From: a virus
Lineage: Duplodnaviria; Caudoviricetes
Length of the DNA: 47,670 bases
Direction: 5' to 3' (one strand)
Virus record (IMG/VR): IMGVR_UViG_3300022178_005855
Location: 1 to 47,670 of that record
The translations under genes and the position numbers were made by a program. The notes under the pieces were generated by a model. The model ran no database searches, was not told the DNA's origin, and was given only the letters and a program-made list of their open reading frames with translations. Below, piece by piece: positions 38,768 to 45,904 of the stretch (within the stretch, counting starts at the first letter, position 1; the number at the start of each line of letters is the position of its first letter).

Positions 38768-41173
38768 ATGAGTTCTAACAATAGAGTATTCGTAAGCCCA
38801 GGAGTTTATACTTCAGAAAAAGATTTATCATTCGTAACACGTCAAGTTGGTGTAACAACATTGGGGTTAGTTGGTGAGACCACAAAAGGTCCAGCTTTCC
38901 AACCAATATTTGTTTCTGACTTTAACGAGTTCAAATCATTCTTTGGTGGGTTAAACGCAACAAAAGTTACCGACACTGGTTACCCAAAATATGAATTGCC
39001 ATATATAGCAAAATCATATTTTACAAAATCAAATCAACTTTATGTAACAAGAGTTTTAGGTTTTTCAGGATATGATGCTGGACAATCTTGGGCTATAACA
39101 GCCGATAATAACCAAGTAATAGCACTTTTAAGAAGTAGAGCTTCTTATGACGCTTCTGAAAACCTAATTTGGGGTACAAGTGATTTATCAATTGACCCAA
39201 CTTTAACTGGTTCAACAACTGACGCTAAAGCAGATTTCACTCTTAGTGGTTCTGGGTTTTCTTATACAGTTTCACTTGATTCTACAAAGAAAAGTTTCAT
39301 TACTAGAGTATTAGGAACTAAAGCTGATGTTGGTCAAGCCCCTATTTATGTTGAAGAAATTTATTCTAATATGTTAGAAGAATTAATCACTAATGTAGAA
39401 ATAACTGGATTAAGTACAACTTTGGTTGATAATGGAACTACATTTTCTGATTACAAAACTGAATATTTACCAGCTGTTACACCATGGGTTATCTCAGAGG
39501 TTAATGGTGAGGTTATTAAAAAATTATTTAGATTAATTACAATTTCTGATGGTACTTCTGCAAATTCAGAAGTTAAAATTTCTATCGAAAATATTAAACC
39601 TGACGCTAGAGAATTCGATGTTAGAGTTAGAGCATTTTACGATACTGACGCAAATCCAATTACATTAGAAAGATATTCTAGATGTACTATGGACCCAACT
39701 TCTGATAATTTTATTGGTAGAAGAATCGGTACGTTAGATGGTTTTTACGCATCTAATTCAAATTACGTATTACTTGAATTGGATATTGATGAAGATACAT
39801 CAACTTCATTTCCAGCTGGTTTCACAGGTTTACCTGCAAGGGTTTACAGTGGTGGTGAATTAGCACCTTCAATTAACTATAATACCGAATACTTACCTTA
39901 CTCTAAAATTAGAAAAATCTATTTAGGTTTATCTGATACTGTAGGTATTGACCAAAATTTCTTTAACTACTTAGGTACTGATATTACGGTAACAAGTGGT
40001 ATGACTAATGGATTCCATATGGATATCGATGCGAGTGGATTGACAGTCAATGGTTCTATATTAGACGCTGGTCTTTATCCATTTAAAACTGACGATGATT
40101 TAGATTTAACTGGCACTACTTATAATAAAATTTATTCAAGAAAATTCACGATGGCACCTTACGGTGGTTTTGATGGATGGGATATATATAGAGATGGTAG
40201 AACTAATACCGACACTTACGCTAAAGGTCAAACTAAAAGTGATTTAGCTGAATCTAGTGGTGCGATTGATATAAAAATAACAAGTACTGGTGACGAAGGA
40301 ACTACTTCTGATTACTATGCTTATTTTGAAGCAATTAACACTTTCAATAACCCTGAAGCAATTAACATTAATGTATTAGCAACACCAGGTATTGATACTT
40401 TAAATAATACAAATTTAGTTGACGCTACTATTGAAATGGTAGAAGAAAAAAGATGTGATTCAATATATATTGCAACAACACCAGATTATGAAAATGAAGC
40501 GGTGATTGAGGTTGATGATTTAGTTAATAGATTAGATAACACAGGAATAGATAGTAACTATACTGCAACATACTGGCCTTGGATACAAGTAAAAGATAGT
40601 GATAATGAAGTATTAGTTTACTTACCACCAACTAGAGATGTTGTTAGAAACATTGCATTAACTGATAATGTATCATTCCCATGGTTTGCTGTGGCGGGTG
40701 TTCAAAGAGGTGTTGTAAGTGGTATCAAAGCAAGAAAAAAATTAACTTTAGATGAAAGAGATACATTGTATGAGGGTAGAATTAACCCAATCGCAACGTT
40801 TGCTTCTGAAGGTTTAATTATATTTGGTAATAAAAACTTACAAGTTAAAGAAACTGCATTAAACAGACTTAACGTTAGAAGATTATTATTACAAGCTAGA
40901 AAATTAATTTCTGCTGTATCAATAAGATTATTATTTGAACAAAATGATGAGGTAGTAAGAAATCAATTCAAGTCATTGGTTAACCCAATTCTTGAAAACA
41001 TTAGAAGTGAAAGAGGTCTTACAGATTTCCGTGTGGAAGTTGATACTTCACCAGAATCAATTGATAGAGGTGAGTTAAATGGTAGAATTTTCATCAAACC
41101 AACTAGAGCTTTAGAGTTCATAACTGTTGAATTTGTTGTAATGAATACTGGTGCTTCTTTTGAAGACGTATAA
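38768..41173 (+). CDS. Contractile tail sheath protein
   Basis: N-terminal FVSPGVYTSEKDLS and GETTKGP. C-terminal YWPW, PWFAVAG, LYEGRINPI, IFGNKNL, LNVRRLL and IKPTRALEFITVEF. Confidence 0.95.
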   Translation: MSSNNRVFVSPGVYTSEKDLSFVTRQVGVTTLGLVGETTKGPAFQPIFVSDFNEFKSFFGGLNATKVTDTGYPKYELPYIAKSYFTKSNQLYVTRVLGFSGYDAGQSWAITADNNQVIALLRSRASYDASENLIWGTSDLSIDPTLTGSTTDAKADFTLSGSGFSYTVSLDSTKKSFITRVLGTKADVGQAPIYVEEIYSNMLEELITNVEITGLSTTLVDNGTTFSDYKTEYLPAVTPWVISEVNGEVIKKLFRLITISDGTSANSEVKISIENIKPDAREFDVRVRAFYDTDANPITLERYSRCTMDPTSDNFIGRRIGTLDGFYASNSNYVLLELDIDEDTSTSFPAGFTGLPARVYSGGELAPSINYNTEYLPYSKIRKIYLGLSDTVGIDQNFFNYLGTDITVTSGMTNGFHMDIDASGLTVNGSILDAGLYPFKTDDDLDLTGTTYNKIYSRKFTMAPYGGFDGWDIYRDGRTNTDTYAKGQTKSDLAESSGAIDIKITSTGDEGTTSDYYAYFEAINTFNNPEAININVLATPGIDTLNNTNLVDATIEMVEEKRCDSIYIATTPDYENEAVIEVDDLVNRLDNTGIDSNYTATYWPWIQVKDSDNEVLVYLPPTRDVVRNIALTDNVSFPWFAVAGVQRGVVSGIKARKKLTLDERDTLYEGRINPIATFASEGLIIFGNKNLQVKETALNRLNVRRLLLQARKLISAVSIRLLFEQNDEVVRNQFKSLVNPILENIRSERGLTDFRVEVDTSPESIDRGELNGRIFIKPTRALEFITVEFVVMNTGASFEDV

Positions 41174-41182
41174 AAAAAATAT

Positions 41183-41218
41183 AATATGTAAGGGAAAATA
41201 AATCTTTCCTTACATATT
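41183..41218. other. Hairpin between sheath and tube overlapping a TATTTATT box
   Basis: AATATGTAAGG...CCTTACATATT. Promoter-like box at 41215-41222. Confidence 0.55.
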
Positions 41219-41259
41219 TATTATTAAATAAACAATTTAAAAATTAAAACAAAAATATT

Positions 41260-41748
41260 ATGAGTGATTTACTAATGAAAATGCCAGTACCTTATGAGCC
41301 AAAGAAAAAGAATAGATGGTTAATGAGATTTCCAGCTGAATTAGGTATTCAACAATGGTGGTTATCTAGCGCATCACGTCCTTCAATTACGCAAGGCGAA
41401 GTTGAAATACCATTCTTAAACACATCAACGTGGGTTATTGGTAGATTTACATGGGAAACTATTGAAGTAGTGTTTAGAGACGCTATTGGACCATCTACAT
41501 CTCAAGCTATTATGGAATGGGTTAGATTACAATCTGAATCTGTAACAGGTAGACAAGGTTATGCTGCTGGATATAAAAAAGATGTTGAAATAGAAATGTT
41601 AGACCCAACTGGAGTTGTTGTTGAGAAATGGCAATTACAAGGGACTATGTTAACCAACGTTGGATTTGGTGATTTATCAATGGAAGATGATGGGATAGCT
41701 GAAGTTAACGCAACATTAAGATTTGATAGAGCAATTTTATTATTCTAA
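41260..41748 (+). CDS. Tail tube protein (T4 gp19-like)
   Basis: Follows the sheath. YEPKKKNRW, EWVR, GYAAGYKKD, LDPTG.VVEKW.L.G and LRFDRA motifs. Confidence 0.9.
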   Translation: MSDLLMKMPVPYEPKKKNRWLMRFPAELGIQQWWLSSASRPSITQGEVEIPFLNTSTWVIGRFTWETIEVVFRDAIGPSTSQAIMEWVRLQSESVTGRQGYAAGYKKDVEIEMLDPTGVVVEKWQLQGTMLTNVGFGDLSMEDDGIAEVNATLRFDRAILLF

Positions 41749-41775
41749 ATAATTATAAAAATTAAATAAAGATAA

Positions 41776-41925
41776 ATGGAGATACAAAATATTTTAGGAA
41801 TAGCATGTATAGCACTAGTACTTGGGGTTATAATTTATAAAAGGGTCACTAGAGGTGAAACTTTAAAAGATATATATGAAGATATTGATAATCAAGAAAT
41901 TGAAGAACAAGAAAAATTAAAATAA
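41776..41925 (+). CDS. Small single-TM protein (49 aa, not in ORF track)
   Basis: MEIQNILGIACIALVLGVIIYKRVTRGETLKDIYEDIDNQEIEEQEKLK. Confidence 0.6.
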   Translation: MEIQNILGIACIALVLGVIIYKRVTRGETLKDIYEDIDNQEIEEQEKLK

Positions 41926-41997
41926 ACGGTTTAGGACCGATTATAGTCTAACGGCTATTAAAACCACTTAAGTTTCGCTACTAAAGTGGTTTTTTTT
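41926..41997 (+). ncRNA. Candidate structured RNA with complementarity to 23S rRNA helices 69-71, ending in a terminator
   Basis: Three hairpins: CGGT-ttagg-ACCG; ATAGTC-taac-GGCTAT; AAAACCACTT...AAGTGGTTTT followed by a T-tract. Contains TTAGGACCG, TTATAGT, ACGGC and TTTCGCTAC. Confidence 0.55.
41960..41997 (+). terminator. Intrinsic terminator
   Basis: 10-bp stem AAAACCACTT/AAGTGGTTTT running into an 8-T tract. Confidence 0.8.
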
Positions 41998-42019
41998 ATT
42001 TAATAAACTATTTATAATT

Positions 42020-42364
42020 ATGAAGATACCAATAATTAAATACAACGACAACTTTTTAAAAAACCTTAGCATTTTTATGTCAATAGGTGGAATTACATTA
42101 TTCCCATTTATAATCTTACGTGAGAAGTATAAAAATAACCCAAAAAATATAATTAGACATGAAAGTATTCATATAAAACAACAAATTGAAATGTTGGTAA
42201 TACCATTTTATGTTTTTTATACATTAGAGTGGTTTATTAAATTATTTATATTTGGTACTAAAGCATATCAAAACCTTTCTTTTGAAAGAGAGGCTAAAAC
42301 AAATGAAGGAAACCCAGATTATCTTAAAACTAGAAAATTCTGGGCATGGGTTAAATATTTATAA
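42020..42364 (+). CDS. Small membrane-associated HExxH zincin-like protein
   Basis: GITLFPFI, IRHESIHIKQQ, a hydrophobic segment and SFEREA. TATTTATA at 42009-42016. Confidence 0.7.
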   Translation: MKIPIIKYNDNFLKNLSIFMSIGGITLFPFIILREKYKNNPKNIIRHESIHIKQQIEMLVIPFYVFYTLEWFIKLFIFGTKAYQNLSFEREAKTNEGNPDYLKTRKFWAWVKYL

Positions 42365-42369
42365 AAGTT

Positions 42370-42522
42370 ATGAGAAGACAAGATAAAAAAACGGCTATGG
42401 TGGAAGCTAATAAGCGTTTTCAAGAAAGGGTTAATGCCGAAGACCCAACGATTCAGGAGAAAAAAATAGAGTATACATATGTTCCAGACATATTTCCTGA
42501 ATTATCTAGAATGTTAAAATAA
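42370..42522 (+). CDS. Small protein with MRRxDKK leader (50 aa, not in ORF track)
   Basis: MRRQDKKTAMVEANKRFQERVNAEDPTIQEKKIEYTYVPDIFPELSRMLK. TATTTATA at 42356-42363 and a TAATG overlap with the next gene. Confidence 0.75.
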   Translation: MRRQDKKTAMVEANKRFQERVNAEDPTIQEKKIEYTYVPDIFPELSRMLK

Positions 42523-42989
42523 TGAGAAGGTACGATAAAAAAATACACATGAAGAAGGTAAACCTTCTTTTTGAACAAAGATATTTAAATGAAACAATTA
42601 GTGCTAGTGACGCTCACACTGATTGGGGTGCCATGATGTCCGTTTTAAAAGGGGATAGAAATGTGGCATTTCTTCTTGGCCCATTTATTGAAAAATGGTT
42701 CAATAAATACATTAAAGATAATAGTAGTGTTGATTTGATGGTTGTTAAGCGAGATGGTAATGGTATTTATGGTGATGCCTATATATTATACAGTGATTTA
42801 GAAAAAGCAAAACACTTACATAGTATCACATCAAAACATGGTGGTTATTTAGCAGATTATTCACCAGAAGAAGCTATTGAAAATGGGGAAGCGTTAGAAT
42901 ATAATGATAATGATATCAAAACTTTTGTTGATGACCATTATGGGTTTGAAGCTTATGATAAAGTAAAAAACAATGAGAAGACAAGATAA
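42522..42989 (+). CDS. Hypothetical protein with MRRxDKK leader
   Basis: MRRYDKKIHMKKVNLLFEQRYLNE N-terminus. Confidence 0.75.
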   Translation: MRRYDKKIHMKKVNLLFEQRYLNETISASDAHTDWGAMMSVLKGDRNVAFLLGPFIEKWFNKYIKDNSSVDLMVVKRDGNGIYGDAYILYSDLEKAKHLHSITSKHGGYLADYSPEEAIENGEALEYNDNDIKTFVDDHYGFEAYDKVKNNEKTR

Positions 42990-43254
42990 AAAAATTGCAA
43001 TGAAAAAAGCTAATATGCTTTTTGAACAAAGATGTAATGAAAGTGCATTTAGTTGGGATGGGAAGTATGCCAATGAAGAAGATATTGATGAAGCGATGTT
43101 TTTAGGTGATGATATGGAAACTATTGAGGAAACTGAAGAAATTGAAGAAGATTGTGGGTGTCTATTAAATCAACCAGAACCAACTGATGTTGAAAGTAGT
43201 CAATGGTTTTCTGATGAAGATGGTGAAAGAATCACCGATATGGAATTAGATTAG
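42973..43254 (+). CDS. Acidic hypothetical protein with MRRxDKK leader
   Basis: MRRQDKKIAMKKANMLFEQRCNE followed by an E/D-rich body. Confidence 0.75.
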   Translation: MRRQDKKIAMKKANMLFEQRCNESAFSWDGKYANEEDIDEAMFLGDDMETIEETEEIEEDCGCLLNQPEPTDVESSQWFSDEDGERITDMELD

Positions 43255-43315
43255 TAAAAAAAAACTTTACTTTAAGTATTTATAGTATATAATATATTTA
43301 AACAAGTTTTTTAAA

Positions 43316-44428
43316 ATGGAAAATAAACCACAAGTATTTCCAGCATCAGATAAAATGTCTGACGCTATGAAAGAGGCTAACGAAACGGGCACTAAAATTG
43401 CTGCCCAAGCCAGTAATGAAATAGGTGTTATCGAAAAGAATAAACCTAATGGTGAGTTAGATGCTCAAGCCCAAATGACTAAAGATAGTCTTGATAAGTT
43501 ATCTGAACAGCTAAGATTAAGAGACGAATTAGTTGCTAAGAAAAAAGCAGAGTCTCAAGGTATTGAATCGGATTTTATCGATGAAAGTAAAGCTAAAATC
43601 ACTTATTCACAACCCGAAGTTAAATCACACAAAAATTTTGAGTTACCTGATGAGGATAAATATGCCGAATTAAGTAGACCACAAGAAAACGTACCGTTTG
43701 ACCTAATAAAATTGCCAAGTGAAGGGTTATTATACAAAAACTGTAAAAGTTCATTAAAAGTAGCTTATTTAAACGCTATGGATGAGAATATCATCACAAA
43801 CCCAAACCTTTTAAAGTCAGGAAAATTTTTAGAAATTCTAATTAATAGAAAAATGTTAGATTCTTCAATTAAATATAAAGATTTACATGTTGGAGACAGG
43901 AATGCAATCATGATTTGGTTACGTGCTACTGGTTATGGTGCAATGTACAATATTAAATTATCAGACCCTGAAAATGAGTATAAACAATTTGATGCTGAAA
44001 TAGATTTGTCTAAATTGGGTATTAAGTATTTAACTGAAAAACCTAATGAAGATGGTCACTTTACATATAAATTACCTATTAGTCAAAGTACAGTTACTTA
44101 TAGATTATTAAATGTTGGTGATGTTGATGAGATTGAAGAGCATATTGAAAAAATGACTGAAGAATCTGGCCCCGAATTTAATGATGCATCAACATATACT
44201 TTGAAAAGGCAAATTATTGCAATTGATGGTAATTATGATAAAGAAATCGTTAGTGATTTCATTGATAAGAAAATGAGAATTGGTGACGTTAGGACTTTTA
44301 GAAAAAAAGTTAATGAAATTGAATCTGGCATTGATATGAATATCACTGTTCAGACTCCTGGGGGTGGGTCAATCGACACGTTTCTTCCCCTTAACCTATC
44401 ATTTTTTTGGCCTGAACTTGGAGTATAA
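43316..44428 (+). CDS. Baseplate hub assembly / tail assembly chaperone (T4 gp26-like)
   Basis: IKLPSEG, DENII, DLHVGDRNAIMIWLRATGYG, YKLP and terminal FFWP. Lies between tube and tape measure. TATTTATA at 43277-43284. Confidence 0.7.
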   Translation: MENKPQVFPASDKMSDAMKEANETGTKIAAQASNEIGVIEKNKPNGELDAQAQMTKDSLDKLSEQLRLRDELVAKKKAESQGIESDFIDESKAKITYSQPEVKSHKNFELPDEDKYAELSRPQENVPFDLIKLPSEGLLYKNCKSSLKVAYLNAMDENIITNPNLLKSGKFLEILINRKMLDSSIKYKDLHVGDRNAIMIWLRATGYGAMYNIKLSDPENEYKQFDAEIDLSKLGIKYLTEKPNEDGHFTYKLPISQSTVTYRLLNVGDVDEIEEHIEKMTEESGPEFNDASTYTLKRQIIAIDGNYDKEIVSDFIDKKMRIGDVRTFRKKVNEIESGIDMNITVQTPGGGSIDTFLPLNLSFFWPELGV

Positions 44429-44636
44429 ACGTCATTTACTTGAGGAAATCTATATTTGTAAAAAGCATTTAGGGTTTTCTTATGACGATGTAATGAAAAT
44501 GCCGACTTACGAAAGAAGGTTCTTTATTATTACATTACAAAACGAACACTTAGATTCAGAAGAAAAACAATCTTCTGGTGCTAAAGTAGTTAAAACAGGT
44601 AAAAATAGCCAAACAAGGACATTTACACCAAGATAG
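44402..44636 (+). CDS. gp51-like/chaperone extension, probably reached by frameshift from the upstream gene
   Basis: +1 frame reads FFGLNLEYKRHLLEEIYICKKHLGFSYDDVMKMPTYERRFFI. No ATG precedes the conserved-looking part. Confidence 0.55.
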
Positions 44637-44663
44637 AAAAAACCCCTAAATTTTAGGGGTTTT
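44637..44663 (+). terminator. Intrinsic terminator
   Basis: AAAACCCCTAA-att-TTAGGGGTTTT directly after the TAG. Confidence 0.75.
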
Positions 44664-44698
44664 ATTATTATTAGATATTTATATAAAAAGAATTTATT

Positions 44699-45904
44699 AT
44701 GGTTGATATAACGAAAGCTTTTAGTATTCTCAATTCATTATTGATTGAAGCTCAGTTAAAGGATAGTTTTTCATCAATGGCTGATGGCAATATGGTTAGA
44801 CTTGTTTTAAAGGATGGGTCTGAAAGGGCATTTGAGATAGTTGAAAATTTAGCTGGTAGGATTGTTATGGTGGATAAACAAAGTGAAATCTGGTATACTT
44901 TTACTAAAGATGCTATGGTAGATAGTATACTCACTTTACATGAATATGATAGTGATAAAAAAAGCTCTAAATTTGAAGGTAAAGAAGAGAAATTATCTGT
45001 AAAAGAATTTTTAACTGGTAAAAGTGGTGGTGATATTGAAGTAATTGATGTACATGACCCAGAAAATGTTCAAAGAATAGATGATATGAACTCTGAATTA
45101 AAGACTACAGGGGAAGGTGATGTTATTTATATTTCATCGGAAGAAAATAAAGGTAAAAATGTGGTTTTAGTGAATACTATCTTATTGAAGGTTGTTGGGG
45201 TTGAACCTAAACGGTTGACTTGTACGTTAGAAGATATTGAAACTGAAAGTGAAAGTGGTAATGCTAATAGTGGTAGAATGGATAAATTAGCTAATATTTT
45301 TAGAAATCGTAACATTTATTTAGATTTTAATGATTTAGTTAAATTTAAAAATAATGATTTAGTATTGAATCTGTATTCAAATAATAAATTATTACCAATA
45401 AATAATATAATAGCAATTGAGGTTCATAAAGGTGATGAAGATTTAGAAAGTGATGAAGAAAGAGAACTCACTAAAAAAGAGTTAATTGATAAGATTGAAG
45501 TTAGCCCTGAATTCTTACAGGCTATTGAAAAAACACCAAGTTTTTGGGATACATTAACAAACGCATCCCCTAAAGGTGTTAATCAAATTAATAAAATTTT
45601 AAATCAGAAATCAACCAGCGACTCTTACTTAACTAAAGGAAATGACGTTAGATTTAAATTATTAACGAATAGTGTTATTGTTAACGCTTCACATAAATTA
45701 ATTAAAAATAATAAATTATACACTGGTAAAATTCAAAAAGGTAATATAATTAAAATTGGCACTAAAAAACAAGGTCATTGGGAATTAGAAATATTAAAAG
45801 AGTTAGAACCATCAATTTATAATGTAAAAATAAATTTTTGTAATAAAGACCTTAGTTGTAAACTATATGGTAAAGGTGCGATAAAAATAGTAAAGAATGG
45901 CTAA
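44699..45904 (+). CDS. Hypothetical protein (late-promoter preceded)
   Basis: 401-aa ORF with TATTTATA at 44676-44683. No recognisable motif. Confidence 0.7.
   Translation: MVDITKAFSILNSLLIEAQLKDSFSSMADGNMVRLVLKDGSERAFEIVENLAGRIVMVDKQSEIWYTFTKDAMVDSILTLHEYDSDKKSSKFEGKEEKLSVKEFLTGKSGGDIEVIDVHDPENVQRIDDMNSELKTTGEGDVIYISSEENKGKNVVLVNTILLKVVGVEPKRLTCTLEDIETESESGNANSGRMDKLANIFRNRNIYLDFNDLVKFKNNDLVLNLYSNNKLLPINNIIAIEVHKGDEDLESDEERELTKKELIDKIEVSPEFLQAIEKTPSFWDTLTNASPKGVNQINKILNQKSTSDSYLTKGNDVRFKLLTNSVIVNASHKLIKNNKLYTGKIQKGNIIKIGTKKQGHWELEILKELEPSIYNVKINFCNKDLSCKLYGKGAIKIVKNG

Noticed and set aside
41926-41997. 23S rRNA gene fragment, intact I-CeuI site or twister ribozyme
   Set aside because: The match is short, gapped and permuted with no flanking rRNA sequence. 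The minus-strand GGUCCUAA resembles a twister loop, but I could not find the remaining twister stems or pseudoknots.
5097-45315. Short antisense/overlapping ORFs in the track (e.g. 5097, 11309, 11867, 13793, 15157, 15361, 17583, 19195, 21073, 22308-25460, 27331, 30959, 33479, 34224-35187, 36126, 37372, 37651, 44752, 45127)
   Set aside because: They lie within or opposite well-supported genes, have no motifs and are typical shadows of biased codon usage.
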